This document shows positions 29,097 to 42,734 of a DNA stretch of 64,000 nt, in pieces. This DNA comes from an uncultured Chloroflexia bacterium. Its GTDB lineage: Bacteria > Chloroflexota > Dehalococcoidia > GIF9 > AB-539-J10. How positions within the stretch are numbered: the stretch's first letter is position 1; each line of letters opens with the position of its first letter. Location of the stretch: assembly GCA_963726175.1 (NCBI GenBank), contig CAVSBM010000005.1:17445-81444 (forward strand), read 5' to 3'. Below the pieces are notes generated by a model that worked only from the letters and a program-made list of their open reading frames with translations, did no database searches and was not told the DNA's origin. The translations under genes and the position numbers were made by a program.

Positions 29097-30791
29097 TTGG
29101 TCAAAGGTGCGAAATTGAATAAGAGAGCTCAATGGAAAGTCTTGCCTATGGTACCAGAAGACTACTCAAACGCTTCTGGGTTTCCTCCTTTAATTGCTCA
29201 ACTTCTCTACAATCGTGGTATTAAACTGGACGGTATTGACCCTTTCTTGTCTGTTGACCGCAGACTGGAGGGTAATCCTTTCCTCCTTCCTGATATATCA
29301 CAGGCTGTCAGCAGGATCTATGAAGCCGTGCTTGCGCGGGAAAAGATTGCCGTCTACGGTGACTTTGACGTTGACGGCGTCACAGCCATAGTTATTCTGG
29401 TCGAGGGATTGTCAAGGCTCGGTGCCGAAGTGATTCCCTATATTCCTGACCGCATCAAAGAAGGCCATGGATTGAAGATCTCAGCCCTGGAGAAGCTTCG
29501 TGCCCAGGGGATTAAGCTGATCATCACTGTTGATTGTGGCGTGACTGATACTGAAGAGGTAAAACAAGCTCAAGACATGGGAATGGATATGGTCATCACT
29601 GACCATCACATGCCGCTGAAAAGCTTGCCTCGAGCTGTAGCTGTAGTTGACCCCAAACGAAAGGATTCAGCGTATCCGTTTCCGGATCTGGCCGGTGCTG
29701 GCGTTGGCTTCAAGCTGCTGCAAGCGCTATTCCATAAAGATAGCCGGGAGAGATGGCTAACCAGGCTAATGGACTTAGTGGTTCTGGCCACAGTTACCGA
29801 TTTGGTTAGCCTCGTCGGCGAGAATCGTTACCTGGTCAAGGAAGGGCTGAAGGAGCTTAATAATAGCTCCCGCGTGGGAATTCAGGAGATGGTCAAGTTG
29901 GCTGGCCTGAAGCTGGGTGAGCTTGATGCTGAACATATATCCTGGGTATTAGGACCTCGTCTCAATGCCGCCGGCAGGATGAACAATGCCTCCACCAGTT
30001 ATCAATTACTAACCACTCAGTCACCCGAAGAAGCTCGCCTCCTGGCACTGGAACTGGAGAAGAAGAATGACGAGCGGCAAAAACTAACCAGTGAAGTACT
30101 AAGTCGAGCGAAGGAGAGGTTGGCTGCCAAATTACATCTGCCGTTGCTCGTAGAAGGTGACGAAGGCTACTCTATCGGTGTTATCGGGCTTGTTGCCAGC
30201 AAGCTCGTGGATGAATTCTACAAGCCCGCCATCATAGTCAACTTGGGCCCAGACTCGTGTCAGGGCAGCTGTCGCAGCATAGCTGAGTTCGATATTGTGT
30301 CTGCTTTAGCAGAATGCCATGATTTGCTTGTTGCCTTTGGTGGCCATCCATTGGCCGCTGGCTTCACTGTAAGTCGCCGAAATTTGGCTCAGTTAGAGCA
30401 ACGGCTTGCGAGCCTCGCTGTGGACCGACTGGGTCATCTTGAACTCCGCCCTGAACTCGTTATTGATGGTGAGCTTCCTTTAGCTGCTTTCAGTGGACAG
30501 ACCTTTAACCTCATCCAGAACCTGAGCCCCTTTGGGCATGGCAACCCACAGCCGACCTTTCTCACTCGAAAGGTCGAGGTAACCGAGTGTCGCAACTTTG
30601 GCAATCAGGGTGAGTGGCTGAGGCTGAAACTCAGGCAAGGAAATGTAACTTGGCAAGCTGTAGATTTTGAGTCGCACAAAAAACCGGAGGAAGTTCCGTC
30701 TCGCATAGATATTGTGTATAACCTGGAGAAGAGCTGCTGGGGTGGTGAAGAGGTGCTGAGCCTTAGTCTTCTCGATTTTGCTCCGGCTTAG
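29097..30791 (+). CDS. recJ: Single-stranded-DNA-specific exonuclease RecJ
   Basis: 564 aa with DHH motifs (VYGDFDVDGVTA, TVDCGV, VITDHH) and DHHA1 (GGHPLAAG). Start codon uncertain (TTG at 29097 or 29115). Confidence 0.9.
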   Translation: MVKGAKLNKRAQWKVLPMVPEDYSNASGFPPLIAQLLYNRGIKLDGIDPFLSVDRRLEGNPFLLPDISQAVSRIYEAVLAREKIAVYGDFDVDGVTAIVILVEGLSRLGAEVIPYIPDRIKEGHGLKISALEKLRAQGIKLIITVDCGVTDTEEVKQAQDMGMDMVITDHHMPLKSLPRAVAVVDPKRKDSAYPFPDLAGAGVGFKLLQALFHKDSRERWLTRLMDLVVLATVTDLVSLVGENRYLVKEGLKELNNSSRVGIQEMVKLAGLKLGELDAEHISWVLGPRLNAAGRMNNASTSYQLLTTQSPEEARLLALELEKKNDERQKLTSEVLSRAKERLAAKLHLPLLVEGDEGYSIGVIGLVASKLVDEFYKPAIIVNLGPDSCQGSCRSIAEFDIVSALAECHDLLVAFGGHPLAAGFTVSRRNLAQLEQRLASLAVDRLGHLELRPELVIDGELPLAAFSGQTFNLIQNLSPFGHGNPQPTFLTRKVEVTECRNFGNQGEWLRLKLRQGNVTWQAVDFESHKKPEEVPSRIDIVYNLEKSCWGGEEVLSLSLLDFAPA

Positions 30792-31595
30792 CTTCGTCAG
30801 CAAGCTCGGCCACCAAAGCCTGTTTCTGAAATCGGCGCATCTTGATAATGAGCCAGGGTAAAAATACCGCCAATATTCCTATGTCAAGCACTTGGGCTTG
30901 ACGAAGCCCCCCGAGCACTGGTACGTCAGTACGGAGAAACCTAATGCCAAAATCACCGACAGCAAGAATGCAAAGGAAAAAGAAGAAAAGACTGCCTTCG
31001 GGTTTGAATCTTCCCCGAAGTCGCCACACTATGACAAAAACTATCAGATTCCACAATAAATGATAAATTTGAGTGGGGTGGCAGCGGAGTGTTCAGAGGG
31101 GCCAGGCTATTCGGGTGAGTGTAGACGACTGCCCACGGGAGATCAGACACAGGAATGCCAGTAGCAGCAGCCGTTCAAAGTGCAACCAACCCTGGCTATG
31201 GCTAGAGCTACAGGGGCCCCCACGGCAAGGGCATCACCCATGCTAAGTAGCGTTGAGAAGCGCATCCTCGTCACCCACATATAGATTAATGCTGCCACAA
31301 TGATGCCAATAATCATGCCGTTTTGGGCAAGGCCCTGAAAGCCGATAATCTCCCGGGGGTTGGCCATGAAATGGTCCCAATAATAAATTACGTAGGTTAG
31401 CCGACCTCCGATAAGGCCGCCAATAACACCCCATAAGAAGATACTGTAAATGTCACGGGGGATGCCTCGTCTCTTTGCTTCCCTGAGCATTATGACCAAC
31501 AGCGACGCAACCCCTAGAGCTACCATAATCCCGTACCACCGTATCTCCAGGGAGCCAATGTTGAAAGCAATAGGGTCTATACTGATAGTAAGCAT
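30763..31595 (-). pseudogene. lgt: Prolipoprotein diacylglyceryl transferase Lgt, split by two frameshifts
   Basis: 31143-31595 (IRWYGIMVALG...ARVGCTLNGCCY), then 30953-31150 (LPWAVVYTHP), then 30763-31056 (WNLIVFVIVWRL...). Removing one base near 31160 and one near 31080 restores ...CCYGIPVSDLPWAV...PLHPTQIYHLLWNL. Confidence 0.85.
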
Positions 31596-31613
31596 TTCTC
31601 TTTTCCTTTCGGT

Positions 31614-32534
31614 TTAAGCAAAAATAGCATTGACAAACACCTGAGCATCAAAGGGAGCGATGTCCTGTAATTTTTCACCGGTACCGATATAAGAAATGGG
31701 TATGTTTAATTGGTCGCAGATGGCAAATACTATGCCGCCTCTGGCTGTGCCATCCAACTTGGCCAGGAAAATACCGGTGACATCCACCGCTTCGGTAAAG
31801 TGCTTGGCTTGAGCCAAGCCATTTTGTCCTGTGGTAGCGTCCATTACCAGCAAAACCTGATGAGGGGCTGAAGCATCGTGCTTGGCTACCACTCTCTTTA
31901 TCTTCTTGAGTTCTTCCATGAGATTGAACTTGGTATGAAGGCGCCCGGCAGTATCGATAATCACTGCTTGAGCATGGCGGCTATAGCCGGCCTGAACGGC
32001 GTCATAGGCGACCGCTCCGGGGTCACCACCAGGTTGATGGGCGATGACTTCGGCCCCTACCTTCTCTCCCCAGTGTTTAAGCTGCTCAATAGCTGCTGCC
32101 CGGAAGGTGTCTGCTGCCGCCAGGATGACTCGTTCTCCTTCCGAAGTAAGACCATAGGCCAGCTTAGCAATGCTTGTCGTCTTTCCCGAGCCATTCACGC
32201 CAACCACAAGGACAATCAGGGGGGATTCCGGGTTTTGGCGGGCCGAAGAATTTGCACGCTGCCGGACCGTTAATAAATTCACCATTTCGTCCTTTAGAGC
32301 ATCCTTTGCTCGGGAAACGTCTGTCAACCTGTCTGTTTTCACCCGTTGTTTGACTTTGCTCAGGAGCTTGTTCGTAGTCTCAACACCGACGTCAGCCGAG
32401 ATAAGCAACTCTTCCAGTTCCCCCCACAGCTCATCCCCCAAAGAGCCCCGGTTGAAAACATTAGCTATCCTGCCGAACCAAGTTTCTTTGCTTCTTTTTA
32501 CTCCCAGTTCGGTCTTCTTGAACAAATCGAACAA
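31614..32534 (-). CDS. ftsY: Signal recognition particle receptor FtsY
   Basis: NG domain (VVGVNGSGKTTS, DTFRAAA, DTAGRLH, LAKLDGTARGG). Likely TTG start at 32534, preceded by GGAGG; the ORF track extends to 32657. Confidence 0.9.
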   Translation of the reverse strand: MFDLFKKTELGVKRSKETWFGRIANVFNRGSLGDELWGELEELLISADVGVETTNKLLSKVKQRVKTDRLTDVSRAKDALKDEMVNLLTVRQRANSSARQNPESPLIVLVVGVNGSGKTTSIAKLAYGLTSEGERVILAAADTFRAAAIEQLKHWGEKVGAEVIAHQPGGDPGAVAYDAVQAGYSRHAQAVIIDTAGRLHTKFNLMEELKKIKRVVAKHDASAPHQVLLVMDATTGQNGLAQAKHFTEAVDVTGIFLAKLDGTARGGIVFAICDQLNIPISYIGTGEKLQDIAPFDAQVFVNAIFA

Positions 32535-32610
32535 GTTGCCTCCGTAATCGAGCGTGCCCGTATATAATAGCACAAGTATAGGCGATTTTTGGCTGACAAT
32601 TCCTCGTCTC

Positions 32611-33270
32611 CTACAGTTCAATTCCGAATATTGGAGCCAGCATAAGGAAGGTACCAAAACACATCATCAGAATGGCGGTAATCTTAGGGACCAAGGTCTC
32701 GTATCTGGTTTTACTAATAGCATTGCTTATGCCTCCCATGATTAGACCGAGAGGAATCAGGCCAACGGTAGTACCTAAGCCGAAAACGAAAACGGTAGCT
32801 GTGCCACGCCAAATATTGCCGATAGAGGCAGCCCATAGCAGTACGGCAATCTCTACTGGGCAGGGTGGCAACCCTCGCACTATGCCAAAACCCAGGATGG
32901 AGTACCAGTGCAGCAGCTTTGAATTAGCAGGGGCTACAGCTTCACCATGGTGATGACCGACATGAGTCAATTCCTTTCCCCTCAGCATAAAGATGCCGAG
33001 GATCAAGGTGATCGCCCCTGCCGCAATTTCCAGAGGAGTTCTGACAATATCAAGCCATCTCACGCCAACATACGAAAGGATAAAGCCCATGGCAGTATCC
33101 GCCAGAGCCATTCCCAGGCCATACAACACTACCAGGCCAATAGCTTGAGGCAATTTCTTAGTAGCCCAGAAAACGAATAGGGAGACGACTGCCTTATCTT
33201 CACACGGCTCGAGCGTATGTGCCAGGCCCACTACGAAGGCGGCTGCTAGGCTTAAGTTGGCTAAATCCAT
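32611..33270 (-). CDS. NicO/RcnA-like metal (Ni/Co/Zn-type) transporter with a His-rich loop
   Basis: 219 aa, 6 or more hydrophobic segments. HTLEPCEDKA resembles the NicO signature HAxxPGHGK, with a second-half GLPPCPVE. Central loop HVGHHHGE. Downstream of a Fur-family gene. Confidence 0.5.
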   Translation of the reverse strand: MDLANLSLAAAFVVGLAHTLEPCEDKAVVSLFVFWATKKLPQAIGLVVLYGLGMALADTAMGFILSYVGVRWLDIVRTPLEIAAGAITLILGIFMLRGKELTHVGHHHGEAVAPANSKLLHWYSILGFGIVRGLPPCPVEIAVLLWAASIGNIWRGTATVFVFGLGTTVGLIPLGLIMGGISNAISKTRYETLVPKITAILMMCFGTFLMLAPIFGIEL

Positions 33271-33352
33271 TTCTCGGCAATTGACATGTTGAGTCTACTT
33301 CAGTTCAAACACCAGCGTCATACTGCCCGAAATTGAAATGACCCAGCAACCT

Positions 33353-33772
33353 CTACCTATGGCAATGGGAGCAGAGTCCAGAGAATTCAGAAAGATGATG
33401 TTGGGTATGAAAGCCGAGGTTCCGGGCAAACTCGTTTTCCCCCCGGCATAATCCTTCGTCGGCAAATTCTTGGATGGCTCCGCAGTCCTGGCAGACCATA
33501 AAGCGATGGCAGCCTTCTACAGCATCTAAGCTGCACTTGATAAATCCACCGCTGGATAGCATTTTGTGAGCCAGATTGAGGCTGCAGAACAGATCGAGTA
33601 TACGGTAGATGGTAACATGGTTCAGATGTTTGCCTCTGGCACGCAAAATTCCCTGTATACCATACGGGGAAAGCGGTTCTCTGGTTTCTTCCAACACCTC
33701 GAGCACCAGCTTCCGTGGCCTGGTCGCCTTGTGCCCTTGAGCTTGCAGAATCCGAATTGAATCTTGAACCAC
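33353..33772 (-). CDS. Fur-family metalloregulator (Fur/Zur/Nur type)
   Basis: 139 aa. wHTH (ATRPRKLVLEVLEE...HVTIYRILDLF), structural CxxC...CxxC (CQDCG...CSHC) and an HHL-type motif. Confidence 0.8.
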   Translation of the reverse strand: MVQDSIRILQAQGHKATRPRKLVLEVLEETREPLSPYGIQGILRARGKHLNHVTIYRILDLFCSLNLAHKMLSSGGFIKCSLDAVEGCHRFMVCQDCGAIQEFADEGLCRGENEFARNLGFHTQHHLSEFSGLCSHCHR

Positions 33773-33778
33773 GGGAAT

Positions 33779-33818
33779 ATTCTACCTCAAGGATGAGAGT
33801 AAATGCAACAATATTGCA
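33779..33818 (-). promoter_or_regulatory. Predicted promoter of the fur-like gene with an overlapping palindromic operator
   Basis: On the minus strand: TTGCAT (33803-33808), 18 nt, TAGAAT (33779-33784), with the GTG start only 6 nt further on. Palindrome TGCAA-CAATA-TTGCA (33804-33818) overlaps the -35. Confidence 0.45.
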
Positions 33819-33863
33819 ATTAAGATTGGGAGAATAATCGGGCCGCCCTCTTGGTCACTTGGC

Positions 33864-36167
33864 TCAAGCCACCAGTTGTTCAAGCAATACTATCGCAGCT
33901 TCCTTATCCAGGGGCTGGTTGTTGTTGCCGCACTTGGGCGATTGCACGCAGGAGGGACAGCCGTCAGCGCAGGGACATGCTTCCACAGCTTTCAGAGTAG
34001 CCTGCCAGAGCTCGGCTATCATCTCGAATCCCTTTTCGGTGATGCCAATGCCTCCGGGGTGGGCATCGTAAATAAAAATCTGCGCCTTGCCGGTATCGGG
34101 ATGAAACGGGGTGGACACACCGCCAATGTCATTGCGGTCGCAAAGGGCAAATAGGGGCAGTATGCCAATGGCAGCATGTTCACAGGCATGTAAGCCGCCG
34201 TGGAAGTCGAGCCCGGCGTCAGCTATCCTGTCAATCGCCTTCTGGGGCAAATCAAACCACAGGGCCTTGGTGGCAAAGGTTTGCGGTGGCAAATCAAGAG
34301 ACTCCTCGGTTATGACCTCCTCCGTGAACTGTTTCTTCCTTTTGAAGCCCACCACCATGATAGTAACATCAACATCTCCGAAGTAGACCTTCACGCCGTG
34401 GCAGTCTTTTTCCTTGACTGTCTTCGTGACCCGGATTTCGTGTATCTCCATAGTCTGGGTATAGTAATCTACAGGCTTCGGCTCCGCCCAGGCGATGCGT
34501 CTGGCTAGATCAAGTTCCTTGATAAGATAAGCTTCACCCTGGTGGAGATAGATAGCGCCGGGGTGTATCTGGAAGAAGGCAACGCCGGCTTCCACTGTCT
34601 CTAACAACTGACCATCCTGCCCGTCAATGACGGCATAATTCTGCCCTGATGTTGACCTGATATTTATATCCTGGGCCGGGTAGGAGATAGAAGGAGCGGG
34701 GTGCCATCTCGCCTCGCGTTTTCTTAACCTTCCTTCTTGTTCTAGCTCAACCAGCATGGTGGCCGTGGCTGGTCCGAAGAACTCCTCATCATTGTCTTCC
34801 AGCGGTTTCTCCCAGGCAGCGCAAAGGAGATGAGGCTTCAGAATATGATGGTTGTCAGGGTTGATTATGGCATTGTCAAAGTTCTTACTGAAAAAGTAAT
34901 CGGGATTACGCATCAAGTATTGGTCAAGCGGGTTTTCCTGACCGATAAGTAAACTCAAGGAGCTGTGAGTGCTTCGTCCGCTACGTCCGGCCTGCTGCCA
35001 GGCACTGGCAATGCTTCCCGGATAGCCTGTAAGTACAGTGGCATCCAGATCTCCGATATTTATTCCAAGCTCCAGAGCTGTTGTGGCGACTAAGCCCAGA
35101 AGCTCGCCTTCGAAGAACTGATGCTCAATTCGGCGGCGGTCTTCGGGAAGATACCCCGCCCGGTAAGGACTGATCTTCTCCCTGAGCGCAGGAGGCAGTT
35201 GTTCCTGGGTATAAATATAAATGAGTTCAGTAAGCTTACGAGTGCTGGCAAACACCAGGCTACGAATCTCTTTCTCAACAAGCTCTTTGAGAAGAAAAGC
35301 CGCCTCACTGTTGGAACTGCGTCGGCTAGTTTTAGCTTCATCAATGAGAGGTGGATTCCAGAAGGTGAAATATTTCTCACCATGTGGTGAGCCATCTTCG
35401 ATAATAGCCTCAAAAGGCAAGCCGACGAGGTTTTGGGCATGCTCTTGGGGATTGGCAATGGTGGCTGAGCAGCAAATGAACTGGGGGTTAGAGCGGTAGA
35501 AAGCACAAAGCCGCCGCAGTCTTCGCAGGACATTGGCTACATGGGAGCCAAAGACGCCCCGATAAATATGAGTCTCATCCACTACGACATATTTGAGATT
35601 GCGAAACAATCTAGACCACGATTGATGGTTGGGCAGGATGCCCAGATGGAGCATGTCGGGATTGGTGAGCACTACTCTGGCTTGTTTTCTTATGTTTGCC
35701 CTTTCATCCTGTGGCGTATCGCCATCGAAAGTGGCCATAGCTGCCGGGGGGATTGCTCCGCCCCGATGGATTGGGATCGGTGACGGCAGGAAGCTAACGA
35801 TTTGTCTCAGGCTACGCAGCTGGTCCTGTGCCAGGGCTTTCGTGGGGAAGATATAAAGAGCGCGGCTGTCCTTATCGTGCACAAGCGCATCGAGTGTGGC
35901 CAAGTGATAGCACAGGGTCTTGCCGCTAGCGCTGGGCGTGGCTATTATCACATTCTTCCCGGCGAAGACGGTATTCAAGGCTTTTGCCTGGTGGCTATAA
36001 AGAGCGGATATCCCCAGCGATTCCAAACATGCTTGAAGGCTAGCTTGGAGAGGGTTATCGAGTTTGTCGAAAATTGCGCCTTGGTGGGGGATGCGTTCAA
36101 TATGGACAATCTGCTGGCTATAATCAGTTAAGCTGAGAAGGTGGTGCAGAAAAGCAGCGGCATCCAT
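33864..36167 (-). CDS. DEAD/DEAH-box helicase with C-terminal DUF1998 zinc-binding domain (YprA/MrfA-like)
   Basis: 767 aa. Motif I TPSASGKT, motif II VVDETH, QQAGRSGR, and a C-terminal CPCADGCPSCVQSPKCGNNN four-Cys cluster. Confidence 0.85.
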   Translation of the reverse strand: MDAAAFLHHLLSLTDYSQQIVHIERIPHQGAIFDKLDNPLQASLQACLESLGISALYSHQAKALNTVFAGKNVIIATPSASGKTLCYHLATLDALVHDKDSRALYIFPTKALAQDQLRSLRQIVSFLPSPIPIHRGGAIPPAAMATFDGDTPQDERANIRKQARVVLTNPDMLHLGILPNHQSWSRLFRNLKYVVVDETHIYRGVFGSHVANVLRRLRRLCAFYRSNPQFICCSATIANPQEHAQNLVGLPFEAIIEDGSPHGEKYFTFWNPPLIDEAKTSRRSSNSEAAFLLKELVEKEIRSLVFASTRKLTELIYIYTQEQLPPALREKISPYRAGYLPEDRRRIEHQFFEGELLGLVATTALELGINIGDLDATVLTGYPGSIASAWQQAGRSGRSTHSSLSLLIGQENPLDQYLMRNPDYFFSKNFDNAIINPDNHHILKPHLLCAAWEKPLEDNDEEFFGPATATMLVELEQEGRLRKREARWHPAPSISYPAQDINIRSTSGQNYAVIDGQDGQLLETVEAGVAFFQIHPGAIYLHQGEAYLIKELDLARRIAWAEPKPVDYYTQTMEIHEIRVTKTVKEKDCHGVKVYFGDVDVTIMVVGFKRKKQFTEEVITEESLDLPPQTFATKALWFDLPQKAIDRIADAGLDFHGGLHACEHAAIGILPLFALCDRNDIGGVSTPFHPDTGKAQIFIYDAHPGGIGITEKGFEMIAELWQATLKAVEACPCADGCPSCVQSPKCGNNNQPLDKEAAIVLLEQLVA

Positions 36168-36235
36168 TTACAGTGATCTTAAGAAAGTCCTGCCGGTCTT
36201 CAGAAGCCTCATGGAAATTGATTCCAGACTTAACT

Positions 36236-36273
36236 GGGTTCCCACGAAAATCACGGGATTTTCGTGGGTGGTT
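36236..36273. repeat. Palindromic REP-like element (copy 2 of 2), inverted relative to 1301-1338
   Basis: GGGTT-CCCACGAAAATC-ACGG-GATTTTCGTGGG-TGGTT, a perfect 12-bp stem. Lies between the DUF503 stop and the helicase start. Confidence 0.6.
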
Positions 36274-36560
36274 TAGAGAAAGGTCTCTATCTCCGAACTT
36301 AATACCTCTACATCGGGGTAGTTTTGGACAACGAACTTCACAACATTGGCCAGAGTCTCATCCGCATGTCTTCTGTGGTTGCTAACGCAAGCTATGCCCA
36401 AGGTGGCTAATTGCCATAAGTCCTGGTTATCAACCTCGGCCACGGAAACTTTGAACTTATTTTGTAGCCGTGTAATGATGGACTTGATTACCTGCCTCTT
36501 ACCTTTAAGAGACTGGTTCTCCGGGAGACGAAGCTCAATCTGGCATACACTGACATGCAT
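36273..36560 (-). CDS. DUF503 family protein (YlxP-like)
   Basis: 95 aa: LPENQSLKGKRQVIKSIITRLQNKFKVSVAEVD. Confidence 0.8.
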   Translation of the reverse strand: MHVSVCQIELRLPENQSLKGKRQVIKSIITRLQNKFKVSVAEVDNQDLWQLATLGIACVSNHRRHADETLANVVKFVVQNYPDVEVLSSEIETFL

Positions 36561-36611
36561 CGTTTGGTCCCCCCCTTGTTCTCCCTGGGACTGGGAGAGG
36601 TTAGATGGTGG

Positions 36612-37631
<1,020 letters not shown>

Positions 37632-37649
37632 TTACCTCCTCTTTTCTTG

Positions 37650-38644
37650 CTACTCTCTGGCTATGTACATAGAAGCACCATCCATAGCGACATTGCTGAC
37701 CTTGCCTTCGTCAGTCAGGAGTTTAAGATGCGCGAGGGTCTCGGTAATAGCCATTCGTTTGTCCCAAACCGACAAATTCTGAAAAGAGATGCCTCCTTTG
37801 TCGGTCATCCAGGGGATCTTTTGAGCTATCTCGTAGGCTGTCTTCAGACCGTCGCGCAAACAGTTCATGATAGCTCTCTTCCTTTGTTCATGGTGCTGGA
37901 GTATCTTTTCTATTCTCAGCCCTAAAGCATTGAACAACGGCCCGTGTCCCGGGAGTACGAAATTAACCTTGAGGCTTTCTAGCTTCTTGAGGGAGGAAAC
38001 ATAGTCGCCCAGGGGGTTATCGCCGGACAGGGGATTGTAGCCAACGTGGGGAGTGGTCTCGTACAGGATATGGTCACCAGTAAGAATAAACTTCTTCTCT
38101 TTTTCATAAAGGCAGATATGGCCTGGCGAGTGCCCCGGCGTCCATAACACCTTCAATTCGAAGGAGTCGTTAGCAATTATGTCGCCATCTTCCACCATGA
38201 CTTCAGGCGCATCCGGGGTGACATATTTGTTCATCCACAATGAAGCCTCTTTTAGCTGAGGCAATTCGTCTTGAGGAACGCCATTCTGCCGAAGCAGCTC
38301 TTCAATCTTTTGAAGCAGGTCAGCAAAATCTTTATATCTGAGAGAGATAAAACCGGCATCAGTTTTGTGAATTGCTACCTGGGCCCCGCAGATCTGTTTT
38401 ATCTTGCTGGCTAACCCATAGTGGTCAGGATGTATATGAGTGATGACCACCTTTTTGACATCTCGAAGTTTGAGGTTTGACGCTTTCATCCCTTCCTGGA
38501 GAGCCCACAGGGATTCCTGGCTATCCCAGCCGCTGTCAATCAGTATATGCCCATCACCGCCTTCAATTACGTAAACATTGGTAGGCCATGACGCACTTCC
38601 GGGACCAGGAGTTCTTATTTGATGAACACCGTCTAATATCCGCA

Positions 38645-38645
<1 letters not shown>
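37650..38645 (-). CDS. MBL-fold metallo-hydrolase with a C-terminal winged-helix-like extension
   Basis: 331 aa. Motifs HIHPDHYG, TPGHSPGH and GHG. Confidence 0.8.
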
Positions 38646-40448
<1,803 letters not shown>

Positions 40449-40452
<4 letters not shown>

Positions 40453-41324
40453 TTCGTAGCTTGGTATATTATATTAGCACACAGCTTGGGCCTCAGTGAA
40501 CTGCTTTGTTCAACAGCTTTATCCTCTTTTTCATTGTGCACAGGATATGTCCGGCTCAAGACGTCTGCAAGATATCTTTCTATGATCACATATGTTCGCT
40601 TCGAAACCTCGATAAATCCTAGCTTCCGGGCGAGTTTGAGCGAAGGGAGGTTATGCGAACCACAGCTCCAAACCGGAATTAGCCCGTCACTTTGCACTGA
40701 TCGTGCAACAAGCGAAGCAGCAGCTGTGGCCAGACCGCGCCGTCTATGATTCTCCAGAACATAGACGCCGATATCGACATATTGCTGTCCACGAGCAGCG
40801 ACAAAGGAAGTGGCCACGACCTTGCCTCCGACAATCGCACCCGCTACTAGTCCTTTCGTCAGTGATGTTTGGAGATCTCCCCAGAATCCGATTGGTTGTG
40901 CCTCATGAGGCAGGGTCTCCAGTAGCGTAAGGTCGTCAAGCATTAACCAGCGAACCGACTCATTTTCGAAAGGGAAGACTTGCCCCCGCGGGATGTGATA
41001 AACATCATCCAGGAAACTGACTGGTGTTTTCAATTGGCTCGCGATGATTTCTCCCAGTGGAAGCGCAACTTCTTTGTCTACCAGAATGCATTGCCAGCCT
41101 TTCACCTGAGTGAGCTCTTGCCACAAAGCATCGGCGTCCGAACCAAAACCAGTCGGTTCTGATGGCAGCTCCTTCGGTTGGAGAACGGCCACTGACTTAA
41201 GACATTGGTCGCCAGACATGTAGACATTACAGTCACCCCGTGTCAGTACGTGAATCGAGATAACTGTCTCGGGACTTTCTACTAGCATAGCGAGCAAAAG
41301 GCTTCGCTTTCTTTCCAGTATCAT
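40449..41324 (-). CDS. GNAT-family N-acetyltransferase (C-terminal GNAT domain)
   Basis: 291 aa. Acetyl-CoA binding motif HRRRGLATAAAS; 4-nt overlap with the downstream gene. Confidence 0.7.
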
Positions 41325-41530
41325 TGATTTGTCGTGCCGTCTGGTGAAACTACAAAATGATTATATCAGTTCGATAATAACAATCCCCACTTTTGCGTCC
41401 GATGTTATTAGCAAGCTGTTCCGGGATGCAAATAGGGAACTAGGAGATTGACGCGACGATTCGCTCTAATGTTACTTCTTGGTTGCGAGGGCCGCTAGGA
41501 TTAGCTAGCTAGGATGTACCGCTATTTTGG

Positions 41531-42321
41531 CTAGTACACCTTTTTCCTTATGAGTTGAGCTATGACTCCGCCGGTAATAAGCACCATACCAACAATCGTA
41601 GCGACTACTACTCCTTGATCGTCCGCCGCTGTATCGGCAAGTCGTTTTAGCAGTATCCCGAGCAATGCCCAATCAACCACAAGAGAATAATAGATGTCCT
41701 TCCGGGTCAAGAGTACGGACAATGTAATAGCGATACCCACGATGATCACTGCTACTGCCCAGAATTGCTCACCAAGACCCCATCTGCTCCAGTTGATATC
41801 TACCAATAGAGCGGTGACGTTGGCAATCGTAGCTATGGTAATCCAGCCGAGGTAGACACTGAAGGGAACATGTAGGAAATACCTTTCAGCCCTGGTCGCC
41901 TCTGATTTGCCGATATTAACCTCAAGTAAATCGCTAGCAGGCATCCCAGCAGTATCAGCATCAGGACCAGGGACAGGGGGACAATCTGATAATGCCAGGC
42001 AAATATCCAGCCGATGTTGGCGAGGCAGGAAATAAAGAATAGCGGCCCGATTCTCTGCACAAACTCGACCTTCTGGGGGTCTCTTCTAATAGAGGGTATC
42101 AATTGATATATGACGAAGATCGCAAGTAATACATAGATTAGCCCCCAGATTGCAAAAGTCAGCCCTGCTGGCACGAATAGATTTGGATACAGGTCAGATA
42201 GTTCGCCGGTCGTTATGCCGTTCAAGGGGAGGATGTTGGCCAGCGCATTAACGACAACGGTACCAAGGAAGCCCAGCAAGTTTAGAATCGACAAGGATAA
42301 CACGAGGCGACTCTTATTCAT
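41531..42321 (-). pseudogene. TspO/tryptophan-rich-sensory-protein-like membrane protein, frameshifted
   Basis: Two overlapping ORFs (41833-42321 and 41531-41944) read as one protein of about 260 aa. N terminus: NALANILPLNGITTGELSDLYPNLFVPAGLTFAIWGLIY. Confidence 0.55.
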
Positions 42322-42734
42322 GATTTTCCGCCAGTTATTAATAGGTGCTCTATATTATATGCCAGTCATATTCCACTGTAAATGACTTTCTAAGATTTGA
42401 CAGGTAGCTTACCCGCTGTCTTCTGGTGACAAGGCCGTTATCACAGGTCATGACTCGTTGCACCAATCGCCCTTTTATTGACTCGTGATGTCAATTCAAA
42501 ATATTTCCCTGCGTTGGGGAAATCCGATTATTTTTGCCCGTCTGGAGAGTGGCCCTAGCACTTTCAAAGCAGCGCCTGTCGGCGATAGAACCAGGAATTT
42601 TGAGTTCTCCTTTAGTATCTAGAACGGAGCACAAGTTGTATCCTTCCGGGTCGAGCTGAGATATCAATGGTAAAGATTGTGGAGAGAACTTTTTTGCATA
42701 CCCATGTAACTCGCTTTGCCGCGGATGTTGTTTG

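Noticed and set aside
42508-42723. Possible 71-aa minus-strand gene (MGMQKKFSPQSLPLISQLDPEGYNLCSVLDTKGELKIPGSIADRRCFESARATLQTGKNN...) that appears only if the A6 run is read as A7
   Set aside because: It requires assuming a sequencing error. There is no convincing RBS and no recognisable family. It is worth rechecking only after the consensus is polished.
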